From Ignicoccus pacificus DSM 13166 (GTDB taxonomy: Archaea > Thermoproteota > Thermoprotei_A > Sulfolobales > Ignicoccaceae), in NCBI GenBank assembly GCA_025340205.1, contig CP006868.1, forward strand, positions 780,001-812,000: a stretch of DNA of 32,000 nt. The letters run 5' to 3'. A model generated the notes under the pieces. It was not told the origin of the DNA and made no database searches. It saw only the letters and a program-made list of their open reading frames with translations. Of the stretch, positions 24,873 through 32,000 are shown one piece after another. The translations under genes and the position numbers were made by a program. Positions within the stretch are counted from its first letter, which is position 1, and the number at the start of each line of letters is the position of its first letter.

Positions 24873-26166
24873 CTATCTCTCTTATTGCCCTCACGTAGTC
24901 TGCTGGTAAGTCTTGAATTAATGGGTCGATGAAGCCTAATGTAAGCATCTGTATAGCTTCATGTTCAGCGAAGCCCATACTCCTTAAGTAGAACACTTGA
25001 TCCTCGCCTATCTTCCCTACCGTTCCCTCGTGAGCTAAGTCAGCGTCAGAAACCTCGCTAACCAACTTCGGAATTGTCGTGTTTATTGCACCATCGTTGA
25101 GAAGCAGAGTATTACATGCTTGATGACCTATAACACCTTTGGCTCCTTTCTTTACTATTATTTCGCCTAGGAATTCGTCAGAACTACTATCCTTCATTAC
25201 TGTTCTATTGACTATGCTGGAATTGGTCTTAGGTGCTTCGTGTACTACCGTTGATCCGCTCCAAGATTTCATTTCATTTCTTAGGAATGCCACGCTATTG
25301 AACGACAACTTAGCTCCTTTTCCGATAAGCCTTATCCTGGGCCTCATCCCTACACGAATACCTCCCATAACAACGCTGAGTTCCTCTAGCCTAGCTCCCT
25401 CATGTACTTCAGCTCCCTTTACGGGGACGTGGATCACCTTACCTATCCAGTTTTCCAAGCTTGAGATCCTTAGTCTGGCTCCCTTTAGAGAGTAGAATTC
25501 ACTGCCTCCTAGGTGCATGCTGTAAGGTGCCGGTATCGGAACTATACATCCTTCGATGAAATGTAAGTAGCTGTTCTCATCGGCTATTATGAGAGTGTGT
25601 TCTGTTTGGGCAAGCTGCTCCTCAGTTATCACAAAGAACGCTTGAACAGGGAATGGTACTCTGACACCCTTCGGCACATAGACGAATGTACCTCCTCGTC
25701 TGAGAGCTATGTGCAAGGCAGCGAGCTTGTGAACCTCCGGCACTTGAGCTCGGTGTAGATATTCCTTCACTATATTCTCATGTCTCCTTACCGCCTCATC
25801 AAGGGACTCTAGTATTACACCCTTTCTCTTAAGCTCCTTCTTCTGAGCTTCATACACCACGTTCTCATTAACCATCACGGTGACTCCGGCAAGCATGCTT
25901 TGCTCTATCTCCGGTACTCCTATTCTCTCTAAGATGGTCTTGTACCACTCTGGGATTTCACCCTCCCCTGGCTTCAGGGGCTCTTCCTCAGCTGCCTTAC
26001 TGGCAAAGGCTTCTAGGTCGAAGTCCTCTGGCATCCAAGGTGGCGTTGGCGCTTTTTCGTATATTTCTGCAGCCCTTATTCTCTTCCTCAAGGCCCACTC
26101 TGGCTCCTTCAATTTCCTAGCTATTTCCTCAGCATAATACTTGATTATCTGAGAAGGGCTCTTCAT
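24847..26166 (-). CDS. sufB: Fe-S cluster assembly scaffold protein, SufB/SufD family
   Basis: 439 aa. The C-terminal LAHEGTVGKIGEDQVFYLRSMGFAEHEAIQMLTLGFI is the SufB/D signature. The body has the beta-helix repeat pattern. The start overlaps the sufC stop (ATGA-type 4-nt overlap). I cannot separate SufB from SufD by eye. Confidence 0.85.
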   Translation of the reverse strand: MKSPSQIIKYYAEEIARKLKEPEWALRKRIRAAEIYEKAPTPPWMPEDFDLEAFASKAAEEEPLKPGEGEIPEWYKTILERIGVPEIEQSMLAGVTVMVNENVVYEAQKKELKRKGVILESLDEAVRRHENIVKEYLHRAQVPEVHKLAALHIALRRGGTFVYVPKGVRVPFPVQAFFVITEEQLAQTEHTLIIADENSYLHFIEGCIVPIPAPYSMHLGGSEFYSLKGARLRISSLENWIGKVIHVPVKGAEVHEGARLEELSVVMGGIRVGMRPRIRLIGKGAKLSFNSVAFLRNEMKSWSGSTVVHEAPKTNSSIVNRTVMKDSSSDEFLGEIIVKKGAKGVIGHQACNTLLLNDGAINTTIPKLVSEVSDADLAHEGTVGKIGEDQVFYLRSMGFAEHEAIQMLTLGFIDPLIQDLPADYVRAIREIVKMTLNAA

Positions 26167-26876
26167 GCCGCTACCACCTCCTTGAATCCCTTCTTCTCAA
26201 CTATCTCGATGAGTTCCACCCCTCCACTCTTCACTATCTTACCATCAATCATTATGTGGACCTTATTGGGTACAATGTACTTGAGTATGTTACGATAGTG
26301 AGTGATCACCAGTACACCAGCACGCTCTCTTTGAAGCCTCTTTACCCCCTCTGCTATCACCTTCAAGCTCTCAATATCTACGCCAGAGTCGGGTTCATCC
26401 ATGATGACTATCTTCGGCTTCATTGCTAATATTCTAGAAAGCTCGAATCTTTTCCTCTCACCTCCGCTGAACCCTTTGTTCACGTATCTATATGCCATCT
26501 CCGAGGGGAGGTTAGATTCCCTTAGGAGGTCGTAGACATCTTCCTTACAACCGCTCCTTTCCTTTATCTTATTCAGAAGCTCCGCGACTGTTACACCCTC
26601 GAGCTCTGGGGGCATTTGGAAAAGGACGGCTAAGCCTTTCCTTGCCCTCTCCTCTGGCGGATCATTCGTTATATCCTCTCCATCCAGCAAGATCTTTCCT
26701 CGCACCACTTTATACTTAGGATGTCCAGCTATGGTCATTGCTAAAGTACTCTTTCCAGCACCGTTTGGTCCCATGAGTACGTGAATTTCGCCTCTAGGTA
26801 GAGCGAGGTTGACTCCCTTCAGTATCATTTTACCCTCGACTTCGACCCATAGGTCAATTACCTCTAGACCCTCCAT
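26163..26876 (-). CDS. sufC: Fe-S cluster assembly ATPase SufC
   Basis: Walker A GPNGAGKSTL, ABC signature FSGGERKRFEL, Walker B IMDEPDSGVD, H-loop ITHY. The preferred start is ATG 26876 (MEGLEVIDLWV...). The track ORF starts at TTG 26903. Confidence 0.9.
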   Translation of the reverse strand: MEGLEVIDLWVEVEGKMILKGVNLALPRGEIHVLMGPNGAGKSTLAMTIAGHPKYKVVRGKILLDGEDITNDPPEERARKGLAVLFQMPPELEGVTVAELLNKIKERSGCKEDVYDLLRESNLPSEMAYRYVNKGFSGGERKRFELSRILAMKPKIVIMDEPDSGVDIESLKVIAEGVKRLQRERAGVLVITHYRNILKYIVPNKVHIMIDGKIVKSGGVELIEIVEKKGFKEVVAA

Positions 26877-26924
26877 GGAGTTTTGTCCCCATCTGGCTAT
26901 CAAGACCCAGATAATGTGATGTGA

Positions 26925-26942
26925 GGGTTAGGGGAGTAACCC
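26925..26942. other. Intergenic hairpin GGGTTA-GGGGAG-TAACCC
   Basis: 6-bp perfect stem read directly. It lies between the end of the 26992 gene and the sufC start. Confidence 0.3.
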
Positions 26943-26991
26943 TTCCTCATGCGTTATCGGCTAAAACCGAGCTCCTCATCCCCCCACTATA

Positions 26992-27702
26992 TTACTCAAC
27001 TTTTTTCTTCACAGTCTTAACTCCAGCCCTTACTGCGATCTCCTTCACGCCATAATCCCTAAGGATAGAAGCCAATGTAGTGGCTATGGCTGAGATCTTG
27101 GGGGCGTATTCTGGTCCTATTATGACTATGGCTACCTTACCAACGTTCTCCTCTATTGCGCTTAAGACGGCATACTTTTCAATGCCTTCGGCCTCAAGAG
27201 CGGCTAGAACGGCCTGGGATATATCTTTCAAGTCACCTAAATCTCCCTCTACTCTTGGTAGCAGGTCAGTAGGATATCTCAACTTCATCGTGGTTTCTTC
27301 TACTATTTTGAGTATAGGAGGCTGCTCATAGGCCTTCATGGTTGTCTCGATGGTACTCTCTGGGACCTCTATCTTAGAGAGTTCTTCTAATTCACTTAGT
27401 AAGGAATCCTCGAAGGTGTAGACCTCTGCTATTATCCTTTCAACTTCTGAGGGGGGTTTGTATGTCTTGAGTTCATGCGTACTCGCCACTATCTTTCCAT
27501 TACATACTAACGATTCTATAGTTTCCCAGCTTCCGTCGGAAAGACCTATGTTCACTATTACGTGAGAACAGCCGCTGTATCCTCCTAGCTCTCTCATTAG
27601 ACCTTCCATATCGGTATAGGACATTTTGGGAAGCTGCTTTACTACCTGCTGTTTCTCCTCGACTAATAACTTTGCTTGCACCAATGGATTGCGAAGGTCC
27701 AT
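26992..27702 (-). CDS. Hypothetical protein, family not recognised
   Basis: The preferred start is ATG 27702 (MDLRNPLVQAK...). The N-terminal module GGYSGCSHVIVNIGLSDGSWETIESLVCNGKIVAS resembles small archaeal regulatory alpha/beta domains. The linker is acidic and the C-terminal domain is alpha/beta. There is no confident family assignment. Confidence 0.6.
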   Translation of the reverse strand: MDLRNPLVQAKLLVEEKQQVVKQLPKMSYTDMEGLMRELGGYSGCSHVIVNIGLSDGSWETIESLVCNGKIVASTHELKTYKPPSEVERIIAEVYTFEDSLLSELEELSKIEVPESTIETTMKAYEQPPILKIVEETTMKLRYPTDLLPRVEGDLGDLKDISQAVLAALEAEGIEKYAVLSAIEENVGKVAIVIIGPEYAPKISAIATTLASILRDYGVKEIAVRAGVKTVKKKVE

Positions 27703-27761
27703 TGAACCCCACTCTCCGAAGCTTCCTATCAATTCATCCTAATATACGACTTAATACGCTA

Positions 27762-28061
27762 TCACTCCTCCTTCACTTCCCAACTTACCATAAAGGCCTC
27801 TTCACATCTTTCCTTCACTATTCTCTTGGCCTTTTCAATGTTTTCCTCTCTGTCTATTATCAGAATAGCGATTGGTGAGTCACCGTGGCCATGAAACGGA
27901 TCAAAGGAGATGAATCCTCCATGCCTACCGAATCCTAATATTCCCTTGAATATACTAGCACCCGCTACGCCGCTTCTCTTAAGAGCTTCAAGTATCTCTT
28001 TAAACAGCGGTCTATCGTTATATATCATGCCTTCGTTAATTAGAACCAAGAGAGCTCTCAT
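27762..28061 (-). CDS. DUF190 (UPF0166) PII-like protein
   Basis: From ATG 28061: MRALLVLINEGMIYNDRPLFKEILEALKRSGVAGASIFKGILGFGRHG...SPIAILIIDREENIEK. This matches the DUF190 pattern (..yi.e.d...g.PLy..iv......GiaGaTV.rGi.GfG....) from memory. Confidence 0.75.
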   Translation of the reverse strand: MRALLVLINEGMIYNDRPLFKEILEALKRSGVAGASIFKGILGFGRHGGFISFDPFHGHGDSPIAILIIDREENIEKAKRIVKERCEEAFMVSWEVKEE

Positions 28062-28120
28062 TTTTCGATCCCAAAATATATCCAACTATTTCCCAGAGAT
28101 TAATCTGAGGCATTAACTCG

Positions 28121-28900
28121 TTAGATGATGTTCTTGAAACTATTCATTATCTCATCCCTTGAAGGGCTGGTACTGATCAAGGCATAGACCATGACTCCCA
28201 GCAATTCATCATCCCTCATCTCAAGTCCTCGCTCTAAATCGTACTCTACACAGAAATTCTTAGCGATACAGATTATGGGTTTATTTACATACTTTAACAT
28301 AATACGTCTAACCCTCCTAGGATTAGAATCTATAAGTAACTCCTTAGGCATAAGAGCCCTTAACGAGGCCCTCCATAATATATGCGACGAAATGAAATCC
28401 AACAATTCAGGTAGGCTGGAAAGTACGAAAGTCAATGAACGAGATCTTGCCAATATAGTTAAGGATACCTTCCTCCTCAAATTATCGCTAATCAACCTCT
28501 CCAGTTTGAAGTCAAGTTTATGATTTATATAATGATAATGGAAGGCTTCCAACACCTTCAAATACATTACAGACCTAAATGTTTCTCTAGATACACTTCT
28601 ATACAATTCTTCAATCTTCTCCCTATCAATTACTATATGTCTCATATCGTAACCTACTACTGTTCTCTCAGCCCTACATTTCGCATCAGACCAAAACTCA
28701 CGAGACTTCTTAATCAACTTTTTGAGGCTCTCTTCAACATCCTCTCCGACGCTCTCCTTACCTACTGACGTTTCTAACTCACAGATCTCGAATGCTTCAC
28801 CTTCTCTAATTTTGGCATCCTTCGCTCTGAAGTACCAAATAGCATCATCAATAATATTATAGACCACATCTAGAGGATCCAAAATTCTTTCCCCACACAC
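28121..28900 (-). CDS. Orphan hypothetical protein, strongly AT-rich gene
   Basis: The track ORF (to 29014) runs through tRNA-Val. The first usable start downstream of the TATA-like TTTAAAAA (28949-28942, minus-strand sense) is GTG 28900. About 260 aa, helical, no motif recognised. No competing long ORF lies in this AT-rich stretch apart from antisense shadows. Confidence 0.55.
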   Translation of the reverse strand: MCGERILDPLDVVYNIIDDAIWYFRAKDAKIREGEAFEICELETSVGKESVGEDVEESLKKLIKKSREFWSDAKCRAERTVVGYDMRHIVIDREKIEELYRSVSRETFRSVMYLKVLEAFHYHYINHKLDFKLERLISDNLRRKVSLTILARSRSLTFVLSSLPELLDFISSHILWRASLRALMPKELLIDSNPRRVRRIMLKYVNKPIICIAKNFCVEYDLERGLEMRDDELLGVMVYALISTSPSRDEIMNSFKNII

Positions 28901-28941
28901 GCGCTTCGCTTCAAGGGCTTTACAGTATGATACCTTTAATG

Positions 28942-28949
28942 TTTTTAAA
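28942..28949. promoter_or_regulatory. TTTTTAAA / TTTAAAAA TATA element between tRNA-Val (+) and the divergent orphan gene (-)
   Basis: It lies 29-36 nt upstream of the tRNA-Val 5' end (28978), and about 42-49 nt upstream of GTG 28900 on the other strand. Confidence 0.4.
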
Positions 28950-28977
28950 CCTCTTACTCTCCCACCTCCATGGAGTT

Positions 28978-29054
28978 GGGCCCGTCGTCTAGCCCGGAAG
29001 GACGCCGCCCTCACACGGCGGTAGTCCGGGGTTCAAATCCCCGCGGGCCCACCA
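28978..29054 (+). tRNA. tRNA-Val (anticodon CAC), no intron, encoded CCA
   Basis: Hand-folded. Acceptor GGGCCCG/CGGGCCC, D arm GTCT/GGAC, anticodon stem CCGCC/GGCGG with loop CTCACAC, variable TAGTC, T arm CGGGG-TTCAAAT-CCCCG, discriminator A, CCA. Confidence 0.92.
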
Positions 29055-29056
29055 TC

Positions 29057-29076
29057 CACTCCTCATCACTCCTCAT
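29057..29076. repeat. Perfect tandem duplication of the 10-mer CACTCCTCAT, 3 nt after the tRNA-Val CCA
   Basis: Read directly: cactcctcat at 29057-29066 and again at 29067-29076. Confidence 0.7.
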
Positions 29077-29155
29077 AGCCTCCAAGCGCGGTGAGTCTTA
29101 ACTTGCCAACAAGTGATTAACTAGCTCACTCTTCGGGAGACTTGGGTGAGGGGTA

Positions 29156-29323
29156 GTGAGGAAGATCTTAACTAAGGCTCTAACTATCGACTTAACTACC
29201 TTTGAATGGATTATGGTAATACTGAGCTTGATTGCTGTCTTAGGCTGGCTCTTCTTGGTATACAAGGTCTCGGTGACCTTAGATACTCTAAACAAGAGCT
29301 TGGCAGCTGCTCTAGGTGCATAA
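29156..29323 (+). CDS. Possible 55-codon membrane micro-protein (or 36 codons from ATG 29213)
   Basis: GGTGA lies 6 nt upstream of GTG 29156. Translation: VRKILTKALTIDLTTFEWIMVILSLIAVLGWLFLVYKVSVTLDTLNKSLAAALGA, with one TM helix. It is followed by a T6 tract. It competes with the antisense 65-aa track ORF 29098..29295, and neither has recognisable homology. Confidence 0.25.
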   Translation: MRKILTKALTIDLTTFEWIMVILSLIAVLGWLFLVYKVSVTLDTLNKSLAAALGA

Positions 29324-29365
29324 CATCTTTTTTACTACTTCACAAGGGCGCGCCTCGGGCAAAAA

Positions 29366-30751
29366 GTGAAGCTCGTCGCCAAGTTCGGTGGCTCTGTCCT
29401 TAGAGATTCAGAAGGTTACAAACGCTCCGCAGAGGTGGTTAAAGATCTTATCGACAATAACAACGAGGTAGTAGTCGTAGTCTCTGCGATGAAAGGCGTA
29501 ACGGATTCATTACTTAACGTTGCCAATTCTATTCATAAGGGTTGGAGACCTTACGTGAAGGCATTAAAAGCAAGGCATCTGAGAGTGCTTGAAGAGCTAT
29601 CGGCTTCTCCTAAGTGGTATAAAGTCATAGATGCCTTATTCGATGAACTTTCAAGAGTCCTGTGGGCTCTGGAGATACTCAAGGAGAGCACGCCACGTAC
29701 AAGAGATTACATATTATCCTTTGGTGAAAGATTATCTGTGAATCTAATGGCAGCTGCGCTGGAAAAAGTAGGTCTTAGAGCAAGACCGATGAATCCTCTT
29801 GAAGCGGGAATTTATACTGACGATAACTTCTCTCAAGTCAGCCCACTCTACGACCTAATAGAGAAGGTAGCTAAAGAGAGAATAAGCAATGTTCTAGAAG
29901 AGGGAATAATTCCTGTGGTGACTGGCTTCTTAGGAACCACGACTGCTGGTATTTTCACTACATTAGGGAGAGGGGGAAGTGATTTAACAGCAACTATCTT
30001 GGGGGCGTCCCTTGGAGTGGATGAAGTAAGGCTTTACACAGACGTTGATGGCATAAAGACTGCCAACCCTAAGGAATTCCCAAACGCCATAACGATTCGT
30101 GAACTCAGTGTATACGAAGCTATTGAAATGGCAAGGCTTGGAGCCAAGAAACTACACCCAAGGACGTTTGAGCCCGTTCTAAGAAGGCCTGTTGACGTGA
30201 GAGTTCTTTCACTCTACGATCCACAAGGAAATAGTACGTTAATATCATATGGTAAAAAGGGTCCGAAACTGAAGTCAGTGGCAATGATAAATGAAATGAC
30301 AATAATCACAGTGAAAGGCGTTGGTATGGTTGGGATGAGAGGTACCGCAGCAAAGGTCATGGAGGCCGCGGCTAAAATCGGAGCCAACATTTACGCGATC
30401 TCACAACCTATATCGGAGACTTCAATTTCCATAGTAGTCAAGGAGGAGAAGGCTGAGGCGGCGGCTAAAGCCATCAAGGCATCCTTAGAGGGAAGTGGGA
30501 TAAACGTGGAGGTCGAACTACGGAAGAACATCTCTACTGTATCCGTCGTTGGTAAGGGCCTCGAAAATCCCTCATTTGTAGGTGATGTGCTCTCGATGCT
30601 CGAGGACATGCCAGTATTAATGATAGCCAAGGGTCCACTTGATCTCAGCCTAAGCGTAATCACGCCCACAAAGTATGCAAAGGAGGTCGCCTCAAGGTAT
30701 CACGAAGAGATATTGAGGGAGATGAAGGAATATTATGGGGAAGCCAAGTAA
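29366..30751 (+). CDS. Aspartate kinase with C-terminal ACT domains
   Basis: GTG start. KFGGSVL, VVVVSAMKGVTDSL, GRGGSDLTATILG and KKLHPRT are aspartokinase blocks. Two ACT-like repeats are present (ITVKGVGMVGMRGTAAKV and VSVVGKGL). There is no Shine-Dalgarno. The T-rich box at 29327-29337 could act as a TATA for a near-leaderless mRNA. Confidence 0.9.
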   Translation: MKLVAKFGGSVLRDSEGYKRSAEVVKDLIDNNNEVVVVVSAMKGVTDSLLNVANSIHKGWRPYVKALKARHLRVLEELSASPKWYKVIDALFDELSRVLWALEILKESTPRTRDYILSFGERLSVNLMAAALEKVGLRARPMNPLEAGIYTDDNFSQVSPLYDLIEKVAKERISNVLEEGIIPVVTGFLGTTTAGIFTTLGRGGSDLTATILGASLGVDEVRLYTDVDGIKTANPKEFPNAITIRELSVYEAIEMARLGAKKLHPRTFEPVLRRPVDVRVLSLYDPQGNSTLISYGKKGPKLKSVAMINEMTIITVKGVGMVGMRGTAAKVMEAAAKIGANIYAISQPISETSISIVVKEEKAEAAAKAIKASLEGSGINVEVELRKNISTVSVVGKGLENPSFVGDVLSMLEDMPVLMIAKGPLDLSLSVITPTKYAKEVASRYHEEILREMKEYYGEAK

Positions 30752-31761
30752 ATATTGTCCTTGTTTTCTCTTACCTTTACCACAACTCTCCTACCAACCT
30801 CCCCACGTACCTTAACGACTGTCATGACTACGTCCTTACGAGGTAGGGGTACTGCCAACCACTCTCCTTTGAGCAACCCCCTTCCTATTATCTCTACTTT
30901 TACTCTTTCTCCCTTCTTATAGATCTCCGGGATCTTAGGAGCTTGGTGCATGCCCCATTCTTCCATACTCCATTTCAATCGAACCCCTAGCTCCTTCTCC
31001 GTTTTCTCTATCCATTTCCAAAATTCCTCCCAGCTCATTTCCTTTACACCTTTAACTTTCCTTCCTCTTTTGTGTACAACATACTTCTGTACTGTGAACG
31101 GTGGCCATCTCTTGCCTACTCCTATCTCTTTGCCCCATAATATTACCTCCTTCACATCTTCTTCGTTTATTCCAGGTAACAACACTGGTGTTAGATGAAC
31201 ATCTACGTCAGTTTCTTTAACTAGTTTTTCGATAACCTCGATGACCTTCTTCACATCAAAGTCTTGTCTACCGGCTAAGTACTTCGCCTTTACTGGATCT
31301 AATGTGTCTATGCTTAGATTTATTCTATCTAGGCCGGCCTCCGCTAATTCAAACGCTATCTCCTCGTTCAGTCTAACTCCGTGTGTTTCCAATGCCACGC
31401 TTTTAACACCATCGATCTCCTTCATACTCTTTACGACATTAGTAATGTGGGGATGTTCTAGGGGATCCCCGACGCCATCGAGCAATATTTCCACGTCTCC
31501 ACCCTTGAACTTTACAACGTCCGCTACCCACCTCTTAAGCCATTCTAAGTCATCGACAATGTAATCAACCCATCTCTTTCTTGAACAAGGGCCGGCGTCC
31601 ACGCTACAGAAGATACAACAAAGAGCACAGATGCTGGTTACCCTAACCTGAAGTACGTTCGTTCCCCTATCTATTATACCGAACGCTGTAGTACCTATTA
31701 GAGGCCATGGTTCTCTGACGCTTAACGTTACTCTGGGATGCTCAAATGCTCTCGGCATCAT
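30733..31761 (-). CDS. Radical SAM domain protein of unknown specificity, with a C-terminal beta-barrel-like extension
   Basis: 342 aa. CALCCIFCSVD contains CxxxCxxC. ILLDGVGDPLEHP is a SAM-binding GGE-like block. The C-terminal ERVKVEIIGRGLLKGEWLAVPL...VVVKV looks TRAM/OB-like. The 3' end overlaps aspartate kinase by 19 nt. Confidence 0.75.
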   Translation of the reverse strand: MMPRAFEHPRVTLSVREPWPLIGTTAFGIIDRGTNVLQVRVTSICALCCIFCSVDAGPCSRKRWVDYIVDDLEWLKRWVADVVKFKGGDVEILLDGVGDPLEHPHITNVVKSMKEIDGVKSVALETHGVRLNEEIAFELAEAGLDRINLSIDTLDPVKAKYLAGRQDFDVKKVIEVIEKLVKETDVDVHLTPVLLPGINEEDVKEVILWGKEIGVGKRWPPFTVQKYVVHKRGRKVKGVKEMSWEEFWKWIEKTEKELGVRLKWSMEEWGMHQAPKIPEIYKKGERVKVEIIGRGLLKGEWLAVPLPRKDVVMTVVKVRGEVGRRVVVKVRENKDNIYLASP

Positions 31762-31779
31762 TTATTCCCCTCCCATCTC

Positions 31780-32000
31780 ATGAAAGCTGGGAAATATTGG
31801 ATGAGGACGTCTATAGCGTTAGCCTTACTCGTCGGACTCGTGTTCGCTCAAACAAATCCCATAGTGACGATAATAAGGACGAACATCCAACAACAAGTAC
31901 TATATGCCCTAGCACAGAATTACTGTGGCGTAAAGGTTAGGTGGGAAAGTTTTTACTATACCGTAACGAACATGAAGAGCGCCCTAGATCAAGCGAAATC
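31780..32000 (+). CDS. 5' part of a secreted or membrane-anchored protein (runs off the window)
   Basis: ATG 31780 opens a frame with no stop up to the window end. Translation: MKAGKYWMRTSIALALLVGLVFAQTNPIV..., with a signal-peptide-like N-terminus. It is absent from the track because it has no stop. The 64-aa track ORF 31746..31940 is in a different frame. Confidence 0.5.
   Translation, partial: MKAGKYWMRTSIALALLVGLVFAQTNPIVTIIRTNIQQQVLYALAQNYCGVKVRWESFYYTVTNMKSALDQAK

Noticed and set aside
24847-26903. A single SufB/D-family gene next to sufC, which could be an incomplete suf operon.
   Set aside because: A minimal SufC plus SufB arrangement is common in archaea, so this is most likely the normal state.
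28901-29014. The 5' extension of the 297-aa minus-strand ORF.
   Set aside because: It overlaps tRNA-Val (28978-29054) and the TATA element, and its Arg/Gly-rich translation is simply the complement of the tRNA acceptor and D arms.
28086-29110. An integrated mobile element using tRNA-Val as its attachment site.
   Set aside because: I found no integrase or transposase-like ORF. I found no second copy of any part of the tRNA-Val sequence in the window that could serve as the distal att site. Only the AT-rich composition of one gene supports the idea. It is retained only as a comment within the cassette finding.
125-31564. Many 60-160-aa track ORFs lie antisense to, or out of frame within, the long genes. 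Examples: 125..490, 832..1248, 2023..2963 (several), 3037..3459, 3377..3742, 5421..5738, 7107..7674, 8271..8492, 10338..10562, 10968..11174, 11913..12155, 13627..13881, 16538..16903, 17085..17456, 17685..18137, 18452..18975, 20658..21188, 21981..22248, 22510..24099, 25139..26137, 27080..27878, 27910..28768, 30120..30669, 30950..31564.
   Set aside because: Each is fully embedded in a longer ORF on the other strand or frame that carries recognisable family motifs. Their products are low-complexity Ser/Leu/Thr-rich shadow translations with no motifs.
31746-31940. A 64-aa plus-strand track ORF at the right edge.
   Set aside because: A different frame starting at ATG 31780 stays open to the window end and begins with a signal-peptide-like sequence, which makes it the better gene model.

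Overview
This is a compact, almost fully coding 32-kb chromosomal segment. It reads as a core-genome region of a crenarchaeon (Thermoproteota). Taxonomic markers are eS8, uS10, SRP19, Gar1, a TFIIB-family factor, archaeal-type GlyRS, a family-B DNA polymerase, archaeal DnaG, a Cren7-type chromatin protein, and a tRNA with a bulge-helix-bulge intron and an encoded CCA. Other recognisable content: a CBS/CBS/Mut7-C operon, a PhoH-like ATPase, a DUF89 protein, an amidohydrolase, a SAM-recycling cluster (AhcY, PfkB kinase, MtnA-like isomerase), SufC plus one SufB/D gene, aspartate kinase, two radical-SAM enzymes, a USP, a ParA/MinD-like ATPase and a PIN-PilT ATPase. I found no rRNA, CRISPR array, transposase, integrase or recognisable defence or toxin-antitoxin module. 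I cannot point to a clearly novel system. The best candidates for follow-up are: (1) a 56-codon Cren7 homologue with a CxxC...CxxxH ligand set, absent from the ORF track and masked by an antisense ORF; (2) a minus-strand cassette next to tRNA-Val made of an AT-rich orphan, a PII-like DUF190 protein and a second orphan, just upstream of sufCB; (3) a second AT-rich orphan at 24.1-24.9 kb; (4) a ParA-like ATPase with a basic amphipathic N-terminus followed by a 41-codon membrane micro-ORF with a 10-nt Shine-Dalgarno match; (5) structured or repeat-bearing intergenic regions at 10.04-10.12 kb (C/D-box-like), 15.38-15.73 kb (nested inverted repeats) and 29.06-29.37 kb (tandem 10-mer and phased TAACTA motifs). 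All family assignments come from motif recognition by eye and from remembered sequences, not from database searches. Start codons are often non-ATG and uncertain by tens of nucleotides.
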